Assembly (NCBI GenBank): GCA_963662655.2
Contig: CAXXTU010000002.1
Location: 32,001 to 96,000, forward strand
DNA length: 64,000 nt
Source: Candidatus Cloacimonadales bacterium
GTDB lineage: Bacteria > Cloacimonadota > Cloacimonadia > Cloacimonadales > JAIOQZ01
Reading direction: 5' to 3'
Shown here: positions 37,926 through 47,589 of the stretch, one piece after another
Numbering within the stretch: the first letter of the stretch is position 1
Layout: every line of letters begins with the position of its first letter
Notes under the pieces: model-generated
The model's database searches: none
Told to the model about the DNA's origin: nothing
What the model saw: the letters and a program-made list of their open reading frames with translations, nothing else
Translations under genes and position numbers: made by a program

Positions 37926-38987
37926 TTATCCTTCTTGTTTGCTGATGGTTTCGTAATCAGCTTTTACCATGATCTGGACAAGTTGCTCCAGTTTTGTTTC
38001 GGGTTCCCAGCCAAGTTCTTCACGCGCCTTGGTCGGATCACCGATGAGGATATCGACTTCCGTCGGACGGAAATAGCGAGGATCGACTTCGATGACACAT
38101 TTACCGGTTTGCGCGTCGTAGCCCTTCTCATCTACTCCCTCGCCTTCCCAGCGAAGTTTGATGCCGAGTTCGCCGAACGCCATTTCGCAGAATTCTCTCA
38201 CCGTGTTCGTCCTGCCGGTCGCGATCACATAATCCTCCGGCTTCGGTTGCTGGAGCATTCGCCACATGGCTTCAACGTATTCGGGGGCGTATCCCCAGTC
38301 GCGCTTGGAATCGAGGTTGCCGAGGTAAAGGCAGTCCTGCAGTCCCAGCTTGATTCGGACGACAGCCATCGTTATTTTACGGGTTACGAAGGTTTCGCCC
38401 CTGCGGGGGGATTCATGATTGAATAGGATGCCGTTGCATGCGTAAAGATTATACGCTTCCCGGTAGTTCTTAACGATCCAGTACGCGTACAACTTGGCCA
38501 CGGCATAAGGACTGCGGGGATAGAACGGCGTGGTCTCCTTCTGTGGAATTTCCTGGACTTTGCCATAAAGTTCGCTTGTGGAAGCCTGATAGAAACGCGT
38601 TTTGATCTCTGTCTCTTTAATTGCGTCGAGAAATCGTATAACGCCTACACCATCCACTTCCGCCGTGTATTCCGGGAGCTCAAACGACACCTTTACGTGG
38701 GATTGCGCGCCCAGGTTGTATATTTCGTTCGGCCTGATTTTGTCCAATAACCTGTTCAGGTTGCTTGAATCGGTAAGATCGCCATAATGCAGGTGCAGCC
38801 TGCGCGATTTCTCGTGAACATCCTGATAGAGGTGGTCGATGCGCTGTGTATTGAACGAGGAGGAACGTCGGATGATTCCGTGTACCTCGTAACCTTTATC
38901 CAGAAGCAGTTCGGCAAGATATGATCCATCCTGGCCGGTAATTCCGCTGATTAATGCTATAGGTGTGTTATTATTACTCACAATCAT
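37926..38987 (-). CDS. gmd: GDP-mannose 4,6-dehydratase
   Basis: [55 protein letters not shown]. Confidence 0.97.
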   Translation of the reverse strand: MIVSNNNTPIALISGITGQDGSYLAELLLDKGYEVHGIIRRSSSFNTQRIDHLYQDVHEKSRRLHLHYGDLTDSSNLNRLLDKIRPNEIYNLGAQSHVKVSFELPEYTAEVDGVGVIRFLDAIKETEIKTRFYQASTSELYGKVQEIPQKETTPFYPRSPYAVAKLYAYWIVKNYREAYNLYACNGILFNHESPRRGETFVTRKITMAVVRIKLGLQDCLYLGNLDSKRDWGYAPEYVEAMWRMLQQPKPEDYVIATGRTNTVREFCEMAFGELGIKLRWEGEGVDEKGYDAQTGKCVIEVDPRYFRPTEVDILIGDPTKAREELGWEPETKLEQLVQIMVKADYETISKQEG

Positions 38988-39140
38988 GTCCTTTCTTTCA
39001 ATAATCCTCAAACATCTTACACGCAACGCTGGAGTCAAGTATTTTCTACTTTGCTAAATTCCTGTTTTTATAACGAACTTCTCCTGCAATATTTCAATAC
39101 TAAAATGGAATCGGCTCAACTTCGTCGATTACCACCGTCC

Positions 39141-39320
39141 GCGCGGCGGGGCGGCGCGTAAGCCTTCTGCCAGTTATAAACGCAGGCAGAGCCATTCGCG
39201 GCGTGAGCCAACTCGATTGATTGCTCCATATCGGGTGAAGGCTTACGACAAGCCATGGCGCTGGCAATTCCAGCGCCATGGCTTGTTAATGCGCGAAGCG
39301 CATGCGCCGCCCCGCCGCGC
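39141..39320 (+). repeat. Four-way-junction structured element, family A copy 2
   Basis: P1 GCGCGGCGGGGCGGCGC/GCGCCGCCCCGCCGCGC (17 bp); P2 GTAAGCCTTC/GAAGGCTTAC; P3 ACAAGCCATGGCGCTGG/CCAGCGCCATGGCTTGT; P4 ATGCGC-GAA-GCGCAT. Confidence 0.8.
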
Positions 39321-39379
39321 TGGTGCGAGGTATCCCATGTGTTCGGCTGATGTGTTGGATGGGGCAACGAGCTTTTCAT

Positions 39380-39409
39380 TTGACATGAAAATGAAATGAA
39401 TAATACTAT
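39380..39409 (+). promoter_or_regulatory. Sigma70-type promoter
   Basis: TTGACA-18 nt-TACTAT upstream of a GGAG RBS and ATG 39432. Confidence 0.6.
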
Positions 39410-39431
39410 TGAAAAAAAGCGTGGAGAAAAA

Positions 39432-40196
39432 ATGTACTGTCGTCATTGCGGAAAAGAGATAGCGGATACGGATGCCACATGCCCGCACTGCAAGAGAGAT
39501 CAGTTTGAATACATACCCGTAGCGAGCATGAAGCGGGAATATGAAAAAGGCGAGTTACCGGATCGGTCCGAGCTTCCTCCGGATGATTTCGACCTCAAGG
39601 TTGTCGAGCCGGAGCCGGTGAAGCAGAAGGAATGGATCCCAACCCAACCGAAGCGCGAGAGATGGCGAATGCCCTCCCTGAGGCGTATCATGATGAACCT
39701 CGTTATTGCGCTATTGGCTGTCGTTGGTATCGTTGGTATCTTTTTGCCGTTTTACGAACTGGATGCCGTTATGTCACCCGGTGAAATATCGCTGTCTGAC
39801 CTGATTCAAAGCGGTATTGCCTATTACAAAGATCAGCCGGTGGATTCGATCAGCATCATCGAGTCGTTCAAACAACTGGTAAACCTCTATGCTGGAAACA
39901 CGAAAGCGTGGTATATCGGGGGTATATTCCTGGCTCTGATTCCAGCGTTTCTGGGCCTGACGATGGTGGGAACTTTCCTGAGTGCGCTTCGCTTTCAATA
40001 CAAGCGTCAGACGGGTTTGCGTTGCCTGATTATCCACTCGTTGATCGCCGGCGCATTATTTTACTTCGGCGGACGGGAGATGGGTGTATGGCTCAATTTC
40101 TTCGCGAACGCAGGCGCAGGCTACTGGCTGATTTTCTCATCGCTGATCGCGATAAGCGTTCTCCAGATATTCGACTACCCCGAAGAACGGCGATGA
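39432..40196 (+). CDS. Zinc-ribbon-domain membrane protein
   Basis: MYCRHCG......CPHC followed by about four transmembrane helices. Confidence 0.75.
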   Translation: MYCRHCGKEIADTDATCPHCKRDQFEYIPVASMKREYEKGELPDRSELPPDDFDLKVVEPEPVKQKEWIPTQPKRERWRMPSLRRIMMNLVIALLAVVGIVGIFLPFYELDAVMSPGEISLSDLIQSGIAYYKDQPVDSISIIESFKQLVNLYAGNTKAWYIGGIFLALIPAFLGLTMVGTFLSALRFQYKRQTGLRCLIIHSLIAGALFYFGGREMGVWLNFFANAGAGYWLIFSSLIAISVLQIFDYPEERR

Positions 40197-42211
40197 AATT
40201 CAAGCTCCTTGTCCTCTTCGTATTTCTCTTTACGACTCTCGTGGCGGCACAGTACGACCACTATGCCAAGTCCCCTTACAAGGAAGGCGTTCCCCGCGAT
40301 TTTGTCCGGGATGGTATCCGGCTTTCCGACAACCAGTTGTCCGAGTTCAATGTCTTTCACGTCATGATGTTTCTGGAATCTGAGCTGGCAACTCCCGATG
40401 AGACCGCGGCGGCATATCGTCTGATCGGTGATATGATCAAGCGGGTGAAAAAATCCACCACGCCCGAAATGAGTGTGGAATCGAAGCTGGCGGTCGTGTA
40501 CGATATCGTATCCTCGCAACTCGGTTTCGCGTACGAAGGCGGTGTGAATTCCCTTTGCTCAGGCATGGGCAAGCATGTCCTCGATTGCGATATCGGCGGG
40601 TACCTTTTTATCGCTGTCGGGATGGAGATGGACTGGCCGCTCTATGCCGTGGAGGCTCCGCAACATCTCTTTGTTCGCTGGGACGATGGCCGGACGATCC
40701 TGAATTTCGAGACAACCTCCGGGACGGTCAGTTCCAACATTGCCTACATGAAAGAGATGAATCTCGATATGAAGCATCTGAAATCGGGATTGTACCTGCA
40801 CAACCTCAAGTGGGAAGAACTGGTTTCCAATTTCTATTTGAACATGGCTTCCGAATTGATGACTGTGGACAACTATCCACGAGCGCGCGTGCTTCTGGAT
40901 AGGGCAATCGAGTTGAATCCGGGGGATCCCGATGGGTATGTGAATCGGAGTAACGCCCTCAATGCGCTCGGAGAATACCGGCTGGCAATCGAGGATTGCA
41001 ACCGCGCCCTCAAAATCAATCCTGACGAAGTCAGCGCCTACATCAATCGAGGGACGGCAAAGGATCAGCTAGGGGACCATGCCGGCGCGCTGGACGATGC
41101 ACGTATTGCGCTGAAGCTCGAACCGGACAACCCCAAAATCTGGTTCAACCTCGGTCTCTTTCACAAGAACTCGGGAGATATGAGAAGAGCGCTCGAAGAT
41201 TACACGAGATCGATCGAATTGAACAACCGGTACGAGAAAGCCTATATCAACCGAGGTTTTGTTTTCCTCGATCGGGAGGAGTTCCGCCAGGCGGAGAACG
41301 ATTTTCTTGCCGCGATCGAGCTGGTTCCCGAAGATTCCGCGCCCTATTCCTATCTTGGCTCGCTATACTTCAAGCAGGAGAAGTACGCAGAAGCGCTGGC
41401 ATATTTCAGCAGGGCGATCGAGCTGGAACCGGACAATCTCACAACCCGGTACAATCGCGCTGTCGTATACTCACGTATGAACGATTTGACGAACGCCCTG
41501 GCGGATTACACGATTGTGTTGAACAGCGATCGTGAAAACGGCAGCGCTTTCCTGAATCGCGGATTGATATACAGCCAGCTTGGTGACGAGCTGTCGGCAA
41601 TTAGCGATTACAACGCCGCCCTTGCCCTGAATCCGGAGAACGTCGGCGATATTTACCTGAATCGCGGGATTTCATATCAGACGATCGGGCGGATGCGTGA
41701 GGCGATTGAGGATTATACCCGGGCGATTCGATACGACTCCACTAACGCGGACATTTTCTACAACCGGGGGAACGCGAAGTACGATGTCGGAGATATCGAT
41801 GGAGCCCTGAGCGATTACTCAACGGCGATTGACATCGGATTCTCCGAGGCAAGTGTGTACTACAACCGAGCGATCGTGTACCGGAAGAAGGGCGATTTCC
41901 GCAAGGCGATTCACGACGCGGACTGGTCGATCAAGATGAACCCCCAATACGGCGACGCATGGCTACTGCTTTCCATGCTTAAAATGGAAATCGAAGACTT
42001 CGATGGTGCGCTGGAGAGCGTGAACCGTGCGATTGTTCTGCAACCGGATAATCCATCCTCGTTTGTAAACCGCGCGAACATCCAGTACCGCATGAAGAAT
42101 TACAAAAGCGCGTTGAAAGATATAAACCGTGCCCTTACGCTCAATCCCTCCCTCTTAAACGACTACCGGGAGTTCCAGCAGCATCTGATCAACCTTGTTG
42201 AACGTCCATGA
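40193..42211 (+). CDS. Exported TPR protein with transglutaminase-like (SirB1-type) N-terminal domain
   Basis: Signal peptide MKFKLLVL; LDC.....F.AV.....PLYAVEAPQHLFVRW...NFETT; about thirteen TPR units. Confidence 0.8.
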   Translation: MKFKLLVLFVFLFTTLVAAQYDHYAKSPYKEGVPRDFVRDGIRLSDNQLSEFNVFHVMMFLESELATPDETAAAYRLIGDMIKRVKKSTTPEMSVESKLAVVYDIVSSQLGFAYEGGVNSLCSGMGKHVLDCDIGGYLFIAVGMEMDWPLYAVEAPQHLFVRWDDGRTILNFETTSGTVSSNIAYMKEMNLDMKHLKSGLYLHNLKWEELVSNFYLNMASELMTVDNYPRARVLLDRAIELNPGDPDGYVNRSNALNALGEYRLAIEDCNRALKINPDEVSAYINRGTAKDQLGDHAGALDDARIALKLEPDNPKIWFNLGLFHKNSGDMRRALEDYTRSIELNNRYEKAYINRGFVFLDREEFRQAENDFLAAIELVPEDSAPYSYLGSLYFKQEKYAEALAYFSRAIELEPDNLTTRYNRAVVYSRMNDLTNALADYTIVLNSDRENGSAFLNRGLIYSQLGDELSAISDYNAALALNPENVGDIYLNRGISYQTIGRMREAIEDYTRAIRYDSTNADIFYNRGNAKYDVGDIDGALSDYSTAIDIGFSEASVYYNRAIVYRKKGDFRKAIHDADWSIKMNPQYGDAWLLLSMLKMEIEDFDGALESVNRAIVLQPDNPSSFVNRANIQYRMKNYKSALKDINRALTLNPSLLNDYREFQQHLINLVERP

Positions 42212-42527
42212 CGCTGAGCTGTTCGAGCTCCGTGAGTTGGTTGTTGTACTCGATCGTAATCTTCTCGAGGACTTTTCGGCGTATCTCCGGGGCCATCTCC
42301 ACCAGAACCTTCAACAGCACGTCTCTCGTCATAGGATGCTTCGGAATGAACGGCTTGATGATCGGTTCTTTCTCGGGACTGAGTTCCGAAAGCACGGTCA
42401 GCCCGATCCACAAGTCTCGGCCATCGACGGACGATTCGTACGGCACGCGGATGAACGATTTCAGTTCTGCGATATCTTCCAGCAGTAACATCATCTTCTG
42501 ATGCTTCGGTTTTTGCTTGTTCGGCAT
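42189..42527 (-). CDS. Hypothetical protein
   Basis: 112-aa ORF with AAGGAG RBS; 3' end overlaps the convergent TPR gene. Confidence 0.6.
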   Translation of the reverse strand: MPNKQKPKHQKMMLLLEDIAELKSFIRVPYESSVDGRDLWIGLTVLSELSPEKEPIIKPFIPKHPMTRDVLLKVLVEMAPEIRRKVLEKITIEYNNQLTELEQLSVMDVQQG

Positions 42528-42787
42528 TGTAAAACTCCTTACAGCTACTTTCTGTTTCAGGCCTTTGCTTACAACATGGATTGCACAAACGTCAAGGATT
42601 ATTTACGAATAGCCGAAGGCGTTGCTTTCTTTCTCCGTGCGTGTTCGCGAATAGATGGAACATCTTCGACTCGCAAGAATTGAGAAATCGAGGGGAAACG
42701 CATCTGCAAGGCGGTGGTTGTGTTATTATAAAAGCTTGACGAAAAAGATGGTACGGCAAAATTGTGCGAAAAAAAGCGAGAGATTGT

Positions 42788-43951
42788 ATGGATATAAAGT
42801 TGAACATCTATGAATTTCTGAAATCGATTATCAGGCATCGGGTATTTATCATCATATTCGTCGTGATTGTCAGTATTGCTGCTGTAATCTTCAGCTTGCT
42901 GCATCCGAAGTACTGGAAAAGCGTTGGCGTTGTCAAGGTTACGGACGACGACGCGCTCTTACCCGGAGCGTTGAAGGGATTGATAAGCAGTTATTCCTCC
43001 AGTTTCGGTTCTCTTGCCGGTAACGAAGAAGCCGAGATGCAGAAGCAGATCATGCAAACGCGGGAATTCTCTGTGGACGTCATTCATAAATTCAAGCTGC
43101 TGGACTACCTTGAAGTTCCGCAGGAACTCTATACCGAAGATTCTCTCAAGGTTCTGGACGAGGCGATCGAGATGTTGGGCAAGGAAATCATGACGTTCAA
43201 CATCAACGAGGACACCGGGACGATTGCCGTCGCGGCCGAGACGAAAGACAAGTTCATGTCCATGGAAATGGTGAACTACTACATCGAAAAACTCGATTAT
43301 TACAATAAAGAAGTAAGGCTCACGAAGGGCAAAGAGAAACGGATTTTCCTCGAGGAGCGGATCCAGCAGCTCGAAAAAGAGATCGAACATTCCTCGGAAG
43401 AACTGATCGCGTTCCAGAACGAGCACAATATCATCGAGCTCCAGAGTCAGATCGGCGTCGCCCTGAAAGCCCTCGAAGGTCTGCTGGAAGAGCAGGTTTC
43501 CACGCGGGTTGAGCTTGGCTATATGAAAGAGCATTTTAACGAAGATAACCCATTGATCTTCGAGCACGAATCGCGCTTGAAAATCATCGACGAGCAGATC
43601 GACGATATGCAGTCGGAGCAGATTTCCAAATACCTGCCTCCGCTCGATAAGGTGAACTCTTTCAGCATCGAGTATGCGAAGCTGATGATGAAACTCGAAT
43701 TGTCAAAGGCGATTTATCAGGAGTTGGTTCCGCAGTATGAATACGCGAAGCTGGAAGAAATCAACAACCTCACCACCATCCAGTATATCCAGCGTCCTGC
43801 CCCGGCGGGATTGCGTGAAAGACCGAGAAGAGCGATCATCTGTATCGTCTCGTTTATCCTGGCAATCGTAGTGTCATGCCTCGCGAGTTTCACATTCGAT
43901 TTGATCCGTTCACACAAGGAAAAGTTTATCGAACTTCTCAGAACCCAGTAA
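42788..43951 (+). CDS. Polysaccharide chain-length determinant (Wzz/GumC-like)
   Basis: Two TM helices flanking a coiled-coil region; P..P....RPRR motif before the last TM. Confidence 0.85.
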   Translation: MDIKLNIYEFLKSIIRHRVFIIIFVVIVSIAAVIFSLLHPKYWKSVGVVKVTDDDALLPGALKGLISSYSSSFGSLAGNEEAEMQKQIMQTREFSVDVIHKFKLLDYLEVPQELYTEDSLKVLDEAIEMLGKEIMTFNINEDTGTIAVAAETKDKFMSMEMVNYYIEKLDYYNKEVRLTKGKEKRIFLEERIQQLEKEIEHSSEELIAFQNEHNIIELQSQIGVALKALEGLLEEQVSTRVELGYMKEHFNEDNPLIFEHESRLKIIDEQIDDMQSEQISKYLPPLDKVNSFSIEYAKLMMKLELSKAIYQELVPQYEYAKLEEINNLTTIQYIQRPAPAGLRERPRRAIICIVSFILAIVVSCLASFTFDLIRSHKEKFIELLRTQ

Positions 43952-43957
43952 ACGAAG

Positions 43958-45256
43958 ATGCTGAAAGTACTACGCCCATTGTCGATCCTGGTTGTGGGAT
44001 CTATCGCGGCACTGGTGATTCTCTGGCTTGCTTACATCGGGCAGAACATGTCCGTCGGCCTGTTCGCGTTCACCGTGGTTGCGCTGGGCGCAGTGATGTT
44101 GTATTTCCTCGTTGCCGGGTTGAGTGTCATGAGTGTGCTCGGGCTCTCGCCGATTCTGTTTATCAGACCGATATTCTTCCTGAATATCTGCTATCTGCTG
44201 TTACTGGTTCTTGTCTTCACGTATGAGCAGATTGTCCGTAAAAAGGTTTTCGATTTCAACATACACTATTTCCCGACTTTTCTCATTCTGCTGGCGGCCG
44301 GATTGCGTTCCTTCTTCCTGGGCGTTCGTGGCGATGGCGCTTTCATGTTCCTCATGAACGAGTGTATCACCCCCATTATCGTGTTCACCATCATCATGAA
44401 CACGAGTTTGTCGCTGGACAAGTTCAAGATGATACTGAAAGGGCATTTTACGATCGCGCTCATCCTCGGGATTGCCGGAATCGCGATTGCCGTAACTCAT
44501 CCGGGAGACCGAATCGGTTCGCTGTGGACAACCGCGATGACGATCAACGGATATTACGTTATCAATCTCTTCACCGGAATCGCGCTCATGCTGGAGGAGC
44601 AATCCTCCAACAAGCGTATGTATTACCTGGTTGCGTTGTTCCTGGTATTCCTCGGGATGGTATTCACTTACACGAAGATCGTTCTGATCGGTGTCGCGTT
44701 CGGCTTGTTCCTCATGGCGCTCAAGAAGCCGCGGCTGTTCCGCTATCTCATACCGCTGATGCTTGTCATTCCTTTTATACTACCCGGTGCAATGGTCGAA
44801 CGCCTGGTCGACGCCAAATCAGGTGACGGATCGTCCGTGATTCGTATGGTTGCGTGGTTCTACTCGATTCTGCTGATCAAGGATCACTTCTTCCTGGGGA
44901 ATGGTATCGACTCCTTTTCCGTGCTCTACGATTCGTATATGGAATGGGATTTCCTTTACGCCCGGCACTCTCACAATATTTACCTGAGGATTCTGGTGGA
45001 GATGGGAATCGTTGGTTTCATCGGGTTTTTCACGCCCATTGTCTCAATAATCAAGAAGTGCTATCTTCGGGTGAGGGAGATCAAGGACATCAGCTTCGAG
45101 TACATGCTGTTTGTCGCCATCGCCGTCGAGATGGTGTTTGGCCTCACCGACGTCTTCATCGCCCATTTCACCGTGGGCCTCTATTTCTGGATGCTGCTGG
45201 CACTGACGTACAACTACCTGCTTCACAACGGCAAACCGATCGAAGACACGGAATAG
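43958..45256 (+). CDS. O-antigen ligase/polymerase family membrane protein
   Basis: Polytopic; R...W....LIKDH.FLG.G, HSHNIYL.ILVEMGIVG. Confidence 0.85.
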   Translation: MLKVLRPLSILVVGSIAALVILWLAYIGQNMSVGLFAFTVVALGAVMLYFLVAGLSVMSVLGLSPILFIRPIFFLNICYLLLLVLVFTYEQIVRKKVFDFNIHYFPTFLILLAAGLRSFFLGVRGDGAFMFLMNECITPIIVFTIIMNTSLSLDKFKMILKGHFTIALILGIAGIAIAVTHPGDRIGSLWTTAMTINGYYVINLFTGIALMLEEQSSNKRMYYLVALFLVFLGMVFTYTKIVLIGVAFGLFLMALKKPRLFRYLIPLMLVIPFILPGAMVERLVDAKSGDGSSVIRMVAWFYSILLIKDHFFLGNGIDSFSVLYDSYMEWDFLYARHSHNIYLRILVEMGIVGFIGFFTPIVSIIKKCYLRVREIKDISFEYMLFVAIAVEMVFGLTDVFIAHFTVGLYFWMLLALTYNYLLHNGKPIEDTE

Positions 45257-45271
45257 TCTGTTTCCGCCTTA

Positions 45272-46102
45272 TCAACCCCTCTTTGCAATCAACTGTGTCA
45301 TCATGATATGCTTGAATCCGTAATTCCTGTACAACGTGATGGCCGGAACATCCCGCGAATATGCCTCCAGACGGATCAGTCTGCCCGGATACTCGTTCAT
45401 GAGGCGAGTCAGCAGCTTTCTGCCGATTCCGTTACGACGATAGTCGGGGTGAACGCCGATGCTGTATATATAAATGTACTCTCCGTAATCGATGGACATC
45501 AGGCAGCCGGCGAGCTTGAAGCCGTCGTTGCAGTTTATGCACTTGATGTTGTCGTACTTTGTGAGGTAATCGTGCACCAATGCGTCCCAGGAAAGCCCCA
45601 TATACTCCGGATCGTTCGGGAACACCGTAAGCTGGAAGCTCAACAAGGTCGCCTCGTCCGGCGTGATCATGTTCCAGGAGAACCGGTCCGGTTCGATCTC
45701 AGCCGGCTGCACGGGGCTGTCCATGTGGTAGCTGGAGGAGCTGTTCTCGATCTCCAGGAATTCACCCAGAAGCGGAAGCTGGGTTTTGACCGGCGACACG
45801 CTTCTGTACAGGATTGAAAGGTACTTGTATTCCCGCGATTCAAGAAGTTTCCGCACTTCCTTCATCAGCGATTCTGCTACCCCCGGCTGAAACTCCCGCT
45901 CGTGGTAGAGTGGCAGATATACAATATTCTGCTTCTGTGGGAGCGTAAAAAAGCCTTCGATGGCGCCGTCGATCTCGATGAAGAACAGCTCGAACTCCCG
46001 CTTGCGAGCGGAGAACAGAGCGGTGATATCGTCGAACATTTTCTTGGGGATGCCAATGGGGCAATCGTTGATCTGAGAGAAGCGAACGAAGATGATTTTC
46101 AT
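45272..46102 (-). CDS. GNAT-family N-acetyltransferase
   Basis: IGVHPDYRRNGIGRKLL, AI.LY..YGF. Confidence 0.85.
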   Translation of the reverse strand: MKIIFVRFSQINDCPIGIPKKMFDDITALFSARKREFELFFIEIDGAIEGFFTLPQKQNIVYLPLYHEREFQPGVAESLMKEVRKLLESREYKYLSILYRSVSPVKTQLPLLGEFLEIENSSSSYHMDSPVQPAEIEPDRFSWNMITPDEATLLSFQLTVFPNDPEYMGLSWDALVHDYLTKYDNIKCINCNDGFKLAGCLMSIDYGEYIYIYSIGVHPDYRRNGIGRKLLTRLMNEYPGRLIRLEAYSRDVPAITLYRNYGFKHIMMTQLIAKRG

Positions 46103-46130
46103 GGGGATGTCCTTGCACGATTAAAAAAGA

Positions 46131-46207
46131 TGGGGTGGCTGATGGGACTTGAACCCACGACCACAGGAGCCACAATCCTGTGCTCTGCCAGCTGAGCTAC
46201 AGCCACC
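46131..46207 (-). tRNA. tRNA-His (GTG) with encoded G-1 and CCA
   Basis: GGTGGCTGTAGCTCAGCTGGCAGAGCACAGGATTGTGGCTCCTGTGGTCGTGGGTTCAAGTCCCATCAGCCACCCCA. Confidence 0.97.
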
Positions 46208-46338
46208 ATATTGTAAGTGCATTTGCGAAGAACCACTAATTACATTGAGGAATCCGTGTCAATGAATTTTCGAGGTTGTCGCGAAATAATCCCGTTTGCA
46301 GCTTCATTACCAGATGCTTGCGCCCCTTGCTAATCGAA

Positions 46339-47589
46339 TCAGGGCTGCATCAGCTCGTCGATGAAGATCACGCCGACTCCGAGCTTGCGCTCCAGATCGT
46401 CCACTGTGTGGCCGTCGAGTGTGATGTTATCGGTGTTGAGGATGGAGGAGGGGAGGATGACAGCGTCATAGCCGCTTGCATTGACCTGACGGGTGATATC
46501 CTGATAGGTGAGGAGCCCCGCGACGGTTACGCACTCGCCGAGATAACGATTCTCGACTGCGATCGCGTCGGCATGAATCCCCTCGGAGGCGATATCCTCC
46601 GCGATATGCCGTATGAATGGGAACGCCAGCTTGCCCGTCACGAACAGGATGCGCGACAGGTTCTGCGCCTTGAAATCATCGATGAATTCGTCGCGATATG
46701 CGTTCCAGTTCTCGATCAGGGTGCGGATCATACCGATGCCGTTCTCGATCTGCGCGAAATCGAGGTAATAATCCTCGTCCGGTACATCGATTCCGGCGAG
46801 GAGATAAATCTCGTCGGAGCAGAAAACGCGATTGAAATCCTGCTGTGCGTTGAATCGATCGACCGTCTCGATCATGGCACGAGCTCCGTCACTATCGACT
46901 CTGTTCAGCTCGGGAAGGCGCTCCCGAAAGCGTGTCAAGCCAACCGGCACGACGCCGACGGATGTCACCAACTCAAGTGAAAGAAGGTCGCGGAGCGATC
47001 TCTCGAGGGCCTCTCCGTCATTCCATCCGGGAACCACGACAATCTGCGTGTGCATTTCGATCCCGTTTTCGTTCAGGTAGCTGAGTCGCTGCATGATATC
47101 GAAATCCTGGCGGTAGCGGAGCATTTTCTTGTGGAGGTCGCGATCCGTGGTGTGAACCGAGATGTACATGGGGGAGAGTCGCATATTCACATTATTTTCG
47201 AGCTGTTTCATCGAGAGATTGGTGAGGGTGACGAAGTTGCCGAACACGAAGGAGAAGGCGTAATCGTCGTCCTTCACGTTGAGGGATGGGCGGGACTTCG
47301 GGGGCATTTGATCCACGAAGCAGAAGATGCAATTGTTTACGCATTCCCGGCACTTATGTTGTTCGAGCTCGATGCCCATATCGCCGTCGACCATGTAGTC
47401 GTAATGTACGCGCTGAATTTCATGATTCCGGTCGAGGAATTCCAGGGAAAGGATGTCGTCGTCATCGATATGGAACTGGAAATCGAGGAAGTCGCGGATC
47501 GCATTCCCGTTGATGCGGAGAATCGAATCGCCGCTACGGATACCGACTGTTTCGGCCCAATTGGACACATGCGCTACTTTTACTGCCAT
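46339..47589 (-). CDS. PDZ-domain radical-SAM-like Fe-S protein (DUF512 family)
   Basis: N-terminal PDZ-like region; CxxxCxxC (CVNNCIFC) then VDQMP; KDDDY, VVPVGLT, QIENGIG. Confidence 0.88.
   Translation of the reverse strand: MAVKVAHVSNWAETVGIRSGDSILRINGNAIRDFLDFQFHIDDDDILSLEFLDRNHEIQRVHYDYMVDGDMGIELEQHKCRECVNNCIFCFVDQMPPKSRPSLNVKDDDYAFSFVFGNFVTLTNLSMKQLENNVNMRLSPMYISVHTTDRDLHKKMLRYRQDFDIMQRLSYLNENGIEMHTQIVVVPGWNDGEALERSLRDLLSLELVTSVGVVPVGLTRFRERLPELNRVDSDGARAMIETVDRFNAQQDFNRVFCSDEIYLLAGIDVPDEDYYLDFAQIENGIGMIRTLIENWNAYRDEFIDDFKAQNLSRILFVTGKLAFPFIRHIAEDIASEGIHADAIAVENRYLGECVTVAGLLTYQDITRQVNASGYDAVILPSSILNTDNITLDGHTVDDLERKLGVGVIFIDELMQP

Noticed and set aside
39908..40192. Long N-terminal extension of the 767-aa TPR ORF
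   Set aside because: Overlaps the zinc-ribbon gene in another frame; the real start is ATG 40193, which gives a signal peptide
45272..46207. Genomic island integrated at tRNA-His
   Set aside because: No integrase and no duplicated tRNA 3' end seen in the window
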